A stretch of DNA of 21,927 nucleotides from Treponema sp. (GTDB lineage: Bacteria; Spirochaetota; Spirochaetia; Treponematales; Treponemataceae): assembly GCA_022640795.1 (NCBI GenBank), contig JALCCK010000048.1, positions 1 to 21,927 of the forward strand, in the 5' to 3' direction. A model generated the notes under the pieces. That model was not told where the DNA came from. It was given only the letters and a program-made list of their open reading frames with translations, and made no database searches. Below are positions 9,364 through 18,682 of this stretch, piece by piece. The position numbers and the translations under genes were made by a program. Within the stretch, counting starts at the first letter, position 1, and each line of letters opens with the position of its first letter.

Positions 9364-11004
9364 ATGGATACTGCTGATTATATGACATATGATCCGGAGG
9401 ACTATAAAAAGACTGCGCTCGATTCGTATTCTTCAAAAGTTCTCAAGAAACGGAGCAGACAGATAGTCGTCAATAAAAGGGAACCTGATGATGTTGTCCC
9501 TGAAATACTGGCGAATACCAGAACTATACCCGGTATTCTCACCATGCGCGGCTGCTGTTATGCCGGATGCAAAGGCGTCGTTCTCGGACCGACCCGCGAT
9601 ATTCTTCAGGTGGTACACGGTGCTATCGGCTGCAGTTTTTATGCCTGGGGAACCAGACGCAACAAAACGCGGGCGGAAAAACCTGATGAACAGAATTTTA
9701 TGCCCTATATGTTCAGTACCGATCTGCAGGAAGATGAAATTGTATTCGGCGGTGAAAAAAAACTGAAAGCGGCGGTGGAAGAGGCGGTAAAGATATTTCA
9801 TCCGAAAGCTGTCGCTATATTTTCGACCTGCCCGGTCGGTCTTATCGGCGACGATGTGCACAAGGTCGCACGTGATATTGAAGCCGAATTTCCGGAAGTA
9901 AACTGTTTTGCTTTCAGTTGCGAAGGATACAAGGGAGTTTCCCAGTCTGCCGGACACCATATCGCCAACAATAAACTTTTTACCGACGTTATCGGCCAGG
10001 AAGAAAAACATCGTGAAGGTAAATATCGTTTCAACATACTCGGCGAATACAATATCGGCGGCGACGAATTCGAAATGGAACGGATTGCCGACAAAATGGG
10101 ACTGACCATTCAGTGTTCCATGAGCGGCAACAGTTCGTATGACGCGATGGCAAGCTGCCAGACGGCGGATTTGAATGTCGTTATGTGTCACCGTTCAATT
10201 AACTACGTGGCGGAAATGCTGGAAACAAAATACGGCATACCGTGGTTTAAGGTCGAATTTATCGGTGCGAAAGCGACAGCTACGACCTTCCGGAAGATTG
10301 CGGATTATTTTGATGATGAAGAACTCAAACAGCGGGTCGAATCCGTCATAGCTGAAGAAATGGTCGAAGTGGAAAAGGAACGGGTAAAGGCCTGCGAAGT
10401 CTGCAAAGGTAAAACGGTCGCGCTGTTTGTCGGCGGTTCCCGCGCGCATCATTATCAGAATCTGTTTAAGGAACTTGGTATGAATATCGTTGCAGCCGGA
10501 TATGAATTTGCGCATCGTGATGACTACGAAGGCCGGCGTGTTATTCCGAATATCGTTATCGATGCCGACGGCAGAAATATAGAGCAGCTGACTATTCATC
10601 CCGATGAACAGAAATACCGGCCCCGCAAAACCGAGTCGGAAATGAAGAAACTCCGTGCCGACGGTATCGATTTCGACAACTACCGGGGTATGATGAACGA
10701 TATGCCTTCAAAGACGCTGATAATCGACGATTTGAATCACCATGAACTGGAACTGCTCATTGATAAATATCATCCGGATATTATCGGTGCCGGTATAAAA
10801 GAAAAATATGTTGTACAGAAACACGGAATACCGATGAAACAGCTGCACAGTTATGATTATTCGGGACCGTATGCCGGATTTAAAGGAGCTGTCAATTTTT
10901 ATCGTGAAATTGCACGGCTTTTGCAGCAGACTCCGCCGAAGCTGTCGCAGGCTCCGTGGAAAAAGCATCCGGAACTTATCGGGACATTTAATTATACAGA
11001 ATAG
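9364..11004 (+). CDS. nifD: Nitrogenase MoFe protein alpha chain NifD
   Basis: 546 aa. P-cluster and FeMoco ligand contexts are present: RGCCYAGCKGV, HGAIGCSFYAWG, FSTCPVGLIGDD, VMCHRSINY (Cys275 equivalent) and QLHSYDYSGPY (His442 equivalent). No delta (G) subunit gene follows, which argues for a Mo type. RBS is aaggag. Confidence 0.95.
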   Translation: MDTADYMTYDPEDYKKTALDSYSSKVLKKRSRQIVVNKREPDDVVPEILANTRTIPGILTMRGCCYAGCKGVVLGPTRDILQVVHGAIGCSFYAWGTRRNKTRAEKPDEQNFMPYMFSTDLQEDEIVFGGEKKLKAAVEEAVKIFHPKAVAIFSTCPVGLIGDDVHKVARDIEAEFPEVNCFAFSCEGYKGVSQSAGHHIANNKLFTDVIGQEEKHREGKYRFNILGEYNIGGDEFEMERIADKMGLTIQCSMSGNSSYDAMASCQTADLNVVMCHRSINYVAEMLETKYGIPWFKVEFIGAKATATTFRKIADYFDDEELKQRVESVIAEEMVEVEKERVKACEVCKGKTVALFVGGSRAHHYQNLFKELGMNIVAAGYEFAHRDDYEGRRVIPNIVIDADGRNIEQLTIHPDEQKYRPRKTESEMKKLRADGIDFDNYRGMMNDMPSKTLIIDDLNHHELELLIDKYHPDIIGAGIKEKYVVQKHGIPMKQLHSYDYSGPYAGFKGAVNFYREIARLLQQTPPKLSQAPWKKHPELIGTFNYTE

Positions 11005-11030
11005 CAGATGCAAAATCAGAGGAGTAAAAA

Positions 11031-12407
11031 ATGCTGTTAAAACACACACCGCAGGAGATTGTCGAACGTAAAGCTCTTACGATAAATGCGGCTAAAACCT
11101 GCCAGCCGGTCGGAGCCATGTATGCTGCGCTGGGCGTACATAATTGTATGAGTCATAGTCACGGTTCTCAGGGATGCTGTGCTTACCACCGCAGTTCTCT
11201 TACCAGACATTACAATGATCCTATCATGGCAACAACCAGCTCGTTTTCGGAAGGGGCATCGGTATTCGGCGGGGCGTCAAATCTCAATGAAGCGATTCGA
11301 AATATATTCACCCTGTATGATCCCGATATTATCGCCGTCCATACGACCTGTCTGTCGGAAGTTATCGGTGACGATCTTGTCCAGATTATAAAAAACGCAT
11401 ACAAAGACGGCCGCATCCCGCAGGGAAAAATAGTACTGCATACCAATACACCTTCGTTCAAAGGCAGTCATGTTACCGGTTTTTCAAATATGACGACAAG
11501 TTTTATTTCCTACCTGACAAAGTCGACGGGAAAAAAGAATGATACGGTCAATATTATACCGTCGTTTATTGAGCCGAGCGATATGAGCGAGATTAAATAT
11601 ATTATGTCGGAGTTGGGTATTAAATATATTATGCTGCCGGATACTTCCGACGTCGTGAACGGTCCGATGGACGGAAAATTCCGTATGTATCCGAAAGGCG
11701 GAACGACGAAAGAACAGATAGCGGCTATGGGGGACAGCAAGCTTTCCGTCGGTCTCGGTGTTATCGGCGCATCCGACGCCCCGAAATTACTGAATTCAAA
11801 GTTCAAAATTCCGATGGAGATAGTTGATCTACCGATCGGACTTTCTGCAACGGATGCGTTCGTAAACCGGATGCACGTTCTGTGCGGTGCTCCCGTTCCG
11901 GAATCCATCGATCTTGAACGGGGACAACTGCTTGATGCCATGATGGATAAAAACCAGTATCTGAGCGGAAAAAAAGTTTCTATCGTCGGTGATCCCGACA
12001 TCGTGCTCGGTATGTGTCAGTTTTGCAAAGAAAACGATATGAATGTTATTCATGTTATCAGCGGTACGCCGACTCCGAAACACTGGGAAGACCGGCTTGC
12101 GGAAATCTGCGGACCCGGCACGTACATAAAAACGGGAGAAGGTGCCGATATGTTTCTGTTACACCAGCTGATAAAAAACGATAAACCGGATCTCCTGTTC
12201 GGAAATACGTATGCCAAAGAGATAGCACGGGACGAAGATATTCCGCTGATCCGGATCGGGTATCCTATTTACGATCGGTTCGGACAGCAGTATATGCCGG
12301 TTATGGGATATCGGGGCGGTATGCGGTTATTCTGCAGAGTGCTCGATGCAATCCTCGACCGGCAGGACAGGGACTGCAATGATGAGGAATTTGAATTCAT
12401 AATGTAA
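11031..12407 (+). CDS. nifK: Nitrogenase MoFe protein beta chain NifK
   Basis: 458 aa. Contains AKTCQPVGAMYAALGVHNCMSHSHGSQGCCAYHRS and TTCLSEVIGDD, which are NifK P-cluster ligand motifs. RBS is gaggag. Confidence 0.95.
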   Translation: MLLKHTPQEIVERKALTINAAKTCQPVGAMYAALGVHNCMSHSHGSQGCCAYHRSSLTRHYNDPIMATTSSFSEGASVFGGASNLNEAIRNIFTLYDPDIIAVHTTCLSEVIGDDLVQIIKNAYKDGRIPQGKIVLHTNTPSFKGSHVTGFSNMTTSFISYLTKSTGKKNDTVNIIPSFIEPSDMSEIKYIMSELGIKYIMLPDTSDVVNGPMDGKFRMYPKGGTTKEQIAAMGDSKLSVGLGVIGASDAPKLLNSKFKIPMEIVDLPIGLSATDAFVNRMHVLCGAPVPESIDLERGQLLDAMMDKNQYLSGKKVSIVGDPDIVLGMCQFCKENDMNVIHVISGTPTPKHWEDRLAEICGPGTYIKTGEGADMFLLHQLIKNDKPDLLFGNTYAKEIARDEDIPLIRIGYPIYDRFGQQYMPVMGYRGGMRLFCRVLDAILDRQDRDCNDEEFEFIM

Positions 12408-12417
12408 ATAAAACGGG

Positions 12418-12459
12418 AGCCGGTACTGCCGCTCTGATTGCGGGCGGCCGGCGTTTTTA
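12418..12459 (+). terminator. Putative GC-rich hairpin plus U-tract (partial terminator/attenuator) between nifK and nifE
   Basis: gccggtactgccgctctgattgcgggcggccggc can form nested GC stems (gccgg/ccggc outer, ccgc/gcgg inner) and is followed by gttttta. It sits in the 70-nt nifK-nifE gap. Confidence 0.3.
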
Positions 12460-12477
12460 TAAAAAACAGAGGTTGTC

Positions 12478-13884
12478 ATGTTTGAAGTTTTGGAAGCCAG
12501 AAAAAAACAGGTATTTGTCAACGGCAGGGATTCGTTTGAAGTTTCCTGCGATAAGGCAAGTACTGCAGGTTCCGTAAGTCAGCGTGCCTGCGTATTCTGC
12601 GGTTCACGGGTAGTACTGTATCCTATTGCGGACGCGCTGCACCTTATTCACGGACCCATCGGATGTGCCGCTTACACCTGGGACTTACGCGGTTCCATGT
12701 CGAGCGGCCGGGAACTGCACCGCATGTGTTTTTCTACGGATCTCCGTGAGAACGATGTTATCTACGGCGGAGAAAAAAAACTGTATGCCGCGCTTACGGA
12801 ACTTATCGACAACTATAAACCGGCGGCGGCGTTCGTCTACGGAACCTGTATCGTCGGTCTTATCGGTGATGATATGGATGCCGTCTGCCGCCGCGTTTCA
12901 AAAGAGAAAGAGATTCCGGTGCTGCCGGTTCATTCGGAAGGATTTAAAGGAACGAAAAAGGACGGGTATCGTGCAGCCTGCGAGGCGCTGTTCACACTGA
13001 CCGGAACAGATAACGAAACACCCGTATCAAAAAACAGTATCAATATCCTCGGAGATTTTAATCTTGCCGGAGAGACATGGCTGATCGGGGATTATTATAA
13101 ACGGATGGGCGTTCAGGTCGTCGCAGCGATTACCGGCGATGGCCGTATCGAACAGATACGGCGGTGTCATCGTGCGTCGCTGAACGTCGTTCAGTGCAGC
13201 GGTTCCACGCTCACGCTTGCCAAAATGATGGAAGAAAAATACGGTATTCCGTATATCCGCGTATCGTATTTCGGAGTGGAGGACATGTCCCAGGCACTGT
13301 ACGATGTGGCGGACCGGCTCGGAGATCCCGGACTGATGAAGCGGGCGAAGGAAATCGTACATCACGACGTTTCAGCATTGCTCAAGGACCTTGCACCGTA
13401 TAAAAAAGCACTGCAGGGAAAAAAAGCTGCCGCTTATGTCGGCGGATCATTTAAAGCGTTTTCACTGGTAAAGGCGCTCCGCCATCTCGGTATGGAAATG
13501 GTCGTCGTTGGGTCTCAGACCGGAACAAAAGAAGACTATGAATATCTGAAAGAAATTACCGCTCCGGGAACTGTTATCCTCGACGATACGAATCCGCTTG
13601 AACTGTCTAAATTTATTCTTGAAAAAGGTGCAGAACTGCTTATCGGCGGCGTAAAAGAACGGCCGATTGCCTATAAGATGGGCATCGGGTTCTGTGATCA
13701 TAATCATGAACGCAAAGAACCGCTTGCCTGCTACGAAGGCATGCTTAATTTTGCAAAGGAAGTTTACAGTTCCGTTATGAGTCCGGTATGGAAATATTCT
13801 CCTGCCCGCATTCGTGCCGGAAAACTGAAGGATAGTGCGGAATTATTCGAAGACGCTCCGGTACCGTCTGCGGACCGGAAATAA
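12478..13884 (+). CDS. nifE: Nitrogenase FeMo-cofactor biosynthesis scaffold NifE
   Basis: 468 aa NifD paralog. Contains ACVFCGSRVVLYPIADALHLIHGPIGCAAYTWD and GTCIVGLIGDD, and lacks the NifD-specific P-cluster pair. Confidence 0.9.
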   Translation: MFEVLEARKKQVFVNGRDSFEVSCDKASTAGSVSQRACVFCGSRVVLYPIADALHLIHGPIGCAAYTWDLRGSMSSGRELHRMCFSTDLRENDVIYGGEKKLYAALTELIDNYKPAAAFVYGTCIVGLIGDDMDAVCRRVSKEKEIPVLPVHSEGFKGTKKDGYRAACEALFTLTGTDNETPVSKNSINILGDFNLAGETWLIGDYYKRMGVQVVAAITGDGRIEQIRRCHRASLNVVQCSGSTLTLAKMMEEKYGIPYIRVSYFGVEDMSQALYDVADRLGDPGLMKRAKEIVHHDVSALLKDLAPYKKALQGKKAAAYVGGSFKAFSLVKALRHLGMEMVVVGSQTGTKEDYEYLKEITAPGTVILDDTNPLELSKFILEKGAELLIGGVKERPIAYKMGIGFCDHNHERKEPLACYEGMLNFAKEVYSSVMSPVWKYSPARIRAGKLKDSAELFEDAPVPSADRK

Positions 13885-13899
13885 AGTGGGAGAGTCAGT

Positions 13900-15297
13900 A
13901 TGGACTATAACGGAAGAAAAACAGCGGCGGTTCCGGTTAAAAATTTTGTTTCGACCCGGAATGCCTGTAAACTTTGTGCCCCGCTCGGAGCCAGTATTGC
14001 CTATCGCGGAATCGAAGGCTGTATTCCGCTGATACACGGATCACAGGGGTGTTCGACATATATCCGCCGGTATACGATCAGCCATTTTCGTGAACCGATC
14101 GACATCGCTTCGTCGAATTTTACCGAGTCGACCGCCATTTTCGGCGGCCGCGAAAATCTCTCGACGGCACTGAATAATATTACCCGGCAGTATAAACCTG
14201 AAGCGATCGGCATTACCTCAACGTGTCTGTCCGAGACAATCGGTGAAAATGTTCCGCTGTATCTCGGTGAATATATCTGTGAACGTGAAAAAGAACGGGC
14301 AAAGAATCCGGATATACGGGCCCCTGCTATTTTCTATGCATCGACGCCGTCGTATAAAGGAACTCACATTACCGGATTTCATGCGGCGCTCTATGCGGCC
14401 GTTACAGGGCTGGTCCGTCCGGAACTGCTTTCCGATCCGGAACGTTCCGACCGTATAAATATTATTTCCGGATTCGTTTCCGCGGAAGATCTGCGGGAAG
14501 TTCATGAAATACTGCGGGATTACGATGTTCCGTATACGCTGCTTCCCGATTATTCAAAGACGCTCGACGGTGATTCATGGGAAGTCTATGAAAAACTGCC
14601 GTCCGGCGGTACAAAGATTTCCGCCATACAGGCGATGGGGAAGGCCTGCGGTTCGGTCTATCTCGGAAAAGCCGTTGCGCGGGACAACAATGCCGGACTC
14701 TGGCTGCAGGAGAACTGCGGTGTTCTGCTTCATCAGGTGCTGCTTCCCGTCGGCATTGAGAATACCGACGCATTTTTTGCAGCGCTGAATGCGGTGACCG
14801 GCAGGGAAACTCCGGAAAGATGGCGGTATACGCGGGGGCGCCTCGTCGACGCGTATATCGACGGACACAAATACTGCTACGGTAAACGTGCGATCGTATA
14901 CGGCGATGAAGATTTCGTACTTTCCGTCTGCAGTTTTCTCGGAGAGATCGGCATCATTCCCGTACTTGCGGCGACCGGTGCGAAAGCGCTGGTGGAAGAA
15001 TCGGGTACGGATCAGGAGCTGACGGTTTTGAGCGAAGATACGGATTTTACGACGATGCTTGAAACGGCAAAGGATCTGAGTCCTGATATCGTTATCGGAA
15101 ACAGCAAAGGATTTTATTTATCGCGTAATCTCGGAATTCCGCTTGTGCGGTGCAGTTTCCCGATTCATGACCGGATCGGCGGGCAGCGCATACTCACACT
15201 TGGATACCGCGGTACCCTGAATCTGTTCGACCGGGTATGCAACGCACTCATGCAGGTAAAACAGGAAAAAGCAGGAAAAGGATGGAGCTATGTATAG
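13900..15297 (+). CDS. nifN: Nitrogenase FeMo-cofactor biosynthesis scaffold NifN
   Basis: 465 aa NifK paralog (ACKLCAPLGASIAYRGIEGCIPLIHGSQGCSTY). Its stop overlaps the nifB start by 8 nt. Confidence 0.85.
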   Translation: MDYNGRKTAAVPVKNFVSTRNACKLCAPLGASIAYRGIEGCIPLIHGSQGCSTYIRRYTISHFREPIDIASSNFTESTAIFGGRENLSTALNNITRQYKPEAIGITSTCLSETIGENVPLYLGEYICEREKERAKNPDIRAPAIFYASTPSYKGTHITGFHAALYAAVTGLVRPELLSDPERSDRINIISGFVSAEDLREVHEILRDYDVPYTLLPDYSKTLDGDSWEVYEKLPSGGTKISAIQAMGKACGSVYLGKAVARDNNAGLWLQENCGVLLHQVLLPVGIENTDAFFAALNAVTGRETPERWRYTRGRLVDAYIDGHKYCYGKRAIVYGDEDFVLSVCSFLGEIGIIPVLAATGAKALVEESGTDQELTVLSEDTDFTTMLETAKDLSPDIVIGNSKGFYLSRNLGIPLVRCSFPIHDRIGGQRILTLGYRGTLNLFDRVCNALMQVKQEKAGKGWSYV

Positions 15298-16573
15298 TAC
15301 AGCAAAAGACAGTAAATTCGGAAATCATCCGTGTTTTAATGCAGCCGTCAGACATTCGACGGGCCGTATCCACCTGCCGGTGGCACCGGAATGCAATATT
15401 CAGTGCAATTTCTGTAACAGAAAGTACGACTGTGTCAATGAATCACGACCGGGCGTTACGAGTTCGATGCTGACGCCGGATCAGGCCGTATCGTACCTCG
15501 ATAAGGTGCTTGAAATAGTTCCCGCCATCAGTGTCGTCGGTATTGCCGGGCCGGGAGATCCGTTCGCGACACCGGAGGAAACGCTCGCAACGCTTGAAGC
15601 GGTCGGGAAAAAATATCCCGGAAAACTGCTCTGCCTTGCGTCGAACGGACTGAATGTTGCTCCGTATGTCGACCGTATAGCGAAACTCAACGTGTCGCAC
15701 ATGACTATTACGGTTAACGCGGTCGATCCCGGAATCGGAGCGCAGATATACGGGTGGATCAGATCCGGCCCTCACGTGAGCCGCGGTGCAGAGGGAGCCC
15801 GCGTTCTGCTTGAAAAGCAGACGGAAACGATCCGCGCCCTGCATGAAGCCGGTATTCTGGTCAAAATAAACACCGTCGTTATCCCCGGAATAAACGATCA
15901 TCACGTTGCGGCGATCGCCGGATACTGTAAAAAGCTCGGTGCCGATATTCAGAATTGTATTCCGATGATGCATGTTGAAGGTTCAGCTTTTGAAAACCGG
16001 GAGGGTCCCGAAGAAAAACAGATGCTCGAAATCAGGAAACAGAGCAGCCGGTATCTTGACCAGATGTGCCATTGCGCGCGCTGCAGGGCGGACGCGGTCG
16101 GACAAATCGGAGAAGAGAATAACGAGAAAATTGTAGAACTGCTTGCCACTGCATCACGTATCGGGCCGACAAAACAGCGTCCGTACGTTGCGGTTGCCAG
16201 TATGGAAGGTCTGCTGGTCAATCAGCATCTGGGAGAAGCGACGGAACTCTGGGTTTTCAAGCCGGGTGAAGATGATGATTCGGAACTTGTTTCCGCACGT
16301 GCAACTCCCGTTCCAGGCGGCGGTGACGACCGGTGGGAACAGCTGGCGGATGCATTCGGCGACTGCTTTGCGATTATCTGTGCCGGTTGCGGTAAAGCTC
16401 CGCTGCGGGTACTTGCGCAGCACAATCTGCCGGTCATCGTTATGGAAGGACTTATTGAGGAAGGAACAAAAGCGCTGTTTCGCGGTCAGTCCGTTCCGAA
16501 ATTATATATGCGGCCGGCGGGCGTCTGCAGTCTCGGAAAAAGCTGCGGCGGCAGCGGAACCGGCTGCGACTGA
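15290..16573 (+). CDS. nifB: FeMo-cofactor biosynthesis radical-SAM protein NifB with C-terminal NifX/NafY-like domain
   Basis: HPCFNAAVRHSTGRIHLPVAPECNIQCNFCNRKYDCVNESRPGVTS is the NifB radical-SAM CxxxCxxC signature. The C-terminal approximately 120 aa (VAVASMEGLLVNQHLGEATELWVF...) resembles the dinitrogenase FeMo-cofactor-binding (NifX-like) domain. Confidence 0.95.
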   Translation: MYSTAKDSKFGNHPCFNAAVRHSTGRIHLPVAPECNIQCNFCNRKYDCVNESRPGVTSSMLTPDQAVSYLDKVLEIVPAISVVGIAGPGDPFATPEETLATLEAVGKKYPGKLLCLASNGLNVAPYVDRIAKLNVSHMTITVNAVDPGIGAQIYGWIRSGPHVSRGAEGARVLLEKQTETIRALHEAGILVKINTVVIPGINDHHVAAIAGYCKKLGADIQNCIPMMHVEGSAFENREGPEEKQMLEIRKQSSRYLDQMCHCARCRADAVGQIGEENNEKIVELLATASRIGPTKQRPYVAVASMEGLLVNQHLGEATELWVFKPGEDDDSELVSARATPVPGGGDDRWEQLADAFGDCFAIICAGCGKAPLRVLAQHNLPVIVMEGLIEEGTKALFRGQSVPKLYMRPAGVCSLGKSCGGSGTGCD

Positions 16574-16617
16574 ACTTTGAAATGAGCCGCTTTGCTGCGC
16601 GGCTGGGGAGAAAACTG

Positions 16618-16923
16618 ATGAAAAAACCGGCACATCACGTGTTTGTCTGCGGATCTTTCCGTGTTAACGGAGCGCCGCAGGGTACCTGTAATAAACTGGG
16701 ATCCATGAATCTCATGCAGTATTTTGAAGAAGAAATAGGAGACCGCGGTATTGATGCGGCCGTGTCGGGCACCAGCTGTCTCAAACTGTGCGACCGCGGA
16801 CCTGCCGTTATCGTATATCCGGAAAACTGGTGGTACGGACATATCGACAGCGAAGATGCCGTCGATGCTGTCCTCGATTCAATAGAAAAAGGCGTTCCCG
16901 ATCCGGATCATCTGCTTGCATAA
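16618..16923 (+). CDS. Thioredoxin-like [2Fe-2S] ferredoxin (homolog of the C. pasteurianum 2Fe-2S Fd / Azotobacter FeS-I family)
   Basis: MKKPAHHVFVCGSFRVNGAPQGTCNK...SGTSCLKLCDRGPAVIVYPENWWYGHI closely parallels the Cp 2Fe-2S Fd (HHIFVC...GFC...[22 protein letters not shown]), with the same four Cys spacing (C11, C24, C56, C60). The start was taken at 16618, which has a GGGGAGAAAA RBS; the track ORF begins at 16582. Confidence 0.85.
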   Translation: MKKPAHHVFVCGSFRVNGAPQGTCNKLGSMNLMQYFEEEIGDRGIDAAVSGTSCLKLCDRGPAVIVYPENWWYGHIDSEDAVDAVLDSIEKGVPDPDHLLA

Positions 16924-16949
16924 ATTTGTTAAACGCCGGAATCGATTTT

Positions 16950-18014
16950 CTAGTTTTTAAGAAAAAAAAGTTCCGCTGCAGGAAGGCAGAGCCGCTGCGG
17001 TTTTCCGTTTTTATTTTCGGGATGCTGCAGAACGTTCCCGCTGTCGACGGAAATTTCACGGTCCAGCGGAACAGTACCGTTTTCAGAGAAGAGATATTCC
17101 GATACACTGAACGGAGAATTCCGGTATTCCGCCGCTTTGAACGTGAAGCAGTTTTCTGTTTCGTCCGGTAATGGTGGTCTGATATAATGCGCACGGATTC
17201 CGATATATTCGGTATCGGCGGGTATCGGCCGGTGAACGGAAAGTGATAGTCCCCAGTCCTTTACGAATATCGTATGATCGTCCGTTTTTTCAAATGATGC
17301 GATATTTTTACAGCCGGTCAGTTTTGCTGCCGTTATGTTTTGCGGATTTGCAAAGATTTCCGAACTGGAACCGGCTCTGCAGATTTTTCCTTTTGAGAGA
17401 ATCTGCAGGTTCTTACAAATTCTGTATACTTCATCCCTGTTGTGAGAAACGAACAGCAGTGTTCCCTTAAAGTCGGCAAGCAGATCCATGGTACTCTGTT
17501 CGACCTGCTGCTTAAGAAAGGCATCAAGTGCTGAAAATGGTTCATCCAGCATGACAATATCCGGTTGCAGGACCATCATGCGGGCGAGTGCTGCCCGCTG
17601 CTGCTGTCCTCCGCTCAGTTCCGCGGGTTTTCTGTCGGCAAGCGCCGCAATACCGAAATGTTCAAGTATTTCGGCAGTTCTTTTTTTTCGTTCGGCTTTT
17701 TGAAATTTATGCAGTACAATACTGATATTTTGAGCAATTGTCATTGTCGGGAAAAGTGCATAATTCTGAAAAAGAAATCCGCAGTGCCGGTTCCTCGGTT
17801 TTGTATTGATGCGCCGCTCGGAATCGAATACGGTACGACCGTTTATGATGATGTATCCGCTGTCGGGCGTTTCAATTCCCGCAATACACTTGAGTGTCAT
17901 GCTTTTTCCGCAGCCGGACGCACCGAGCAGTCCGACCGGTATATTGTCTGCTGTGAATGAAACATCGAGCGTGAATTCTGCGAGCTGTTTTTTTATGGAT
18001 AGTTCTATACTCAT
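16950..18014 (-). CDS. modC: Molybdate ABC transporter ATP-binding protein ModC (with C-terminal TOBE/Mop domain)
   Basis: Walker A GASGCGKSMTLKCIAGIE, the LSGGQQQRAALAR signature, Walker B MLDEPFSALD, and an approximately 120-aa C-terminal extension typical of ModC. The ATGA overlap with the modB stop indicates coupling. Confidence 0.85.
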   Translation of the reverse strand: MSIELSIKKQLAEFTLDVSFTADNIPVGLLGASGCGKSMTLKCIAGIETPDSGYIIINGRTVFDSERRINTKPRNRHCGFLFQNYALFPTMTIAQNISIVLHKFQKAERKKRTAEILEHFGIAALADRKPAELSGGQQQRAALARMMVLQPDIVMLDEPFSALDAFLKQQVEQSTMDLLADFKGTLLFVSHNRDEVYRICKNLQILSKGKICRAGSSSEIFANPQNITAAKLTGCKNIASFEKTDDHTIFVKDWGLSLSVHRPIPADTEYIGIRAHYIRPPLPDETENCFTFKAAEYRNSPFSVSEYLFSENGTVPLDREISVDSGNVLQHPENKNGKPQRLCLPAAELFFLKN

Positions 18015-18682
18015 ATTCCTGTTTTTTTCCGCTGTTTACCGCTGCCCGCAAAGTTCATCCCGATAATGGTACAGAATGATATTCCGACGATTATAATGAC
18101 CCAGAGCAGCGCTCTTCCCATATTGTCACTGTACGCTGCTGTCCAGATTGCGATCGGAATTGTTTCCGTTCTGCCTGGTATATCACCGGCCAGCATAAGC
18201 GTTGCGCCGAATTCTCCGAGTGCACGGGCGAAGGCCAGAATTGTTCCTGCTATAATACCCGGTAAAGAAACCGGAATCATTATTTTTGCAAAAATAAGTC
18301 CCTCTTTGAGGCCCAGCGTTCTGGCTGCGTTGAGAATGGATGTATCGATCTGCTCGAAGGCGGCTCTGACGGTACGGTACATCAGCGGAAATGCTACGAC
18401 GGATGCGGCTACGACGGTTCCCTTCCAGTCGAAAATTATTTTTATACCGACGCTGTTCAGCAGCCGCCCGACGGGGCTGCGGGTTCCGAATATGCAGAGC
18501 AGAAAAAATCCGAGTACAGTCGGCGGCAGAACAAGCGGCAGTGTGCAGAGTGCATCGAGCAATGCCCGTGATCTTCCTTTCAGTTTTACAACGCCCCAGG
18601 CGACAAGCGTTCCGGTAACAACCGCAAAAACGGTTGCCAGAAATGAGGCCTTCAGAGAAATGAAAAGTGGGGACCAGTCCAT
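18011..18682 (-). CDS. modB: Molybdate ABC transporter permease ModB
   Basis: 223 aa, 5-6 TM. The EAA-like loop ...LGLKEGLIFAKIMIPVSLPGIIAG is typical of ModB/CysT-type permeases. Its start overlaps the modA stop (TAATG). Confidence 0.85.
   Translation of the reverse strand: MDWSPLFISLKASFLATVFAVVTGTLVAWGVVKLKGRSRALLDALCTLPLVLPPTVLGFFLLCIFGTRSPVGRLLNSVGIKIIFDWKGTVVAASVVAFPLMYRTVRAAFEQIDTSILNAARTLGLKEGLIFAKIMIPVSLPGIIAGTILAFARALGEFGATLMLAGDIPGRTETIPIAIWTAAYSDNMGRALLWVIIIVGISFCTIIGMNFAGSGKQRKKTGI

Noticed and set aside
9433-10191. 252-aa minus-strand ORF inside nifD, and similar antisense ORFs inside nifK, nifE, nifB, modB (e.g. 15443-15973, 18066-18698, 11510-12001)
   Set aside because: They are fully embedded antisense to strongly supported conserved genes, have no RBS, and their translations are low-complexity and have no recognisable family. 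They are typical shadow ORFs in GC-moderate DNA.
9364-12407. Alternative (V/Fe-only) nitrogenase
   Set aside because: No delta-subunit (vnfG/anfG) ORF lies between nifD and nifK (27-nt gap only), and the cluster is adjacent to the molybdate transporter and nifV. A Mo enzyme is the most likely interpretation.
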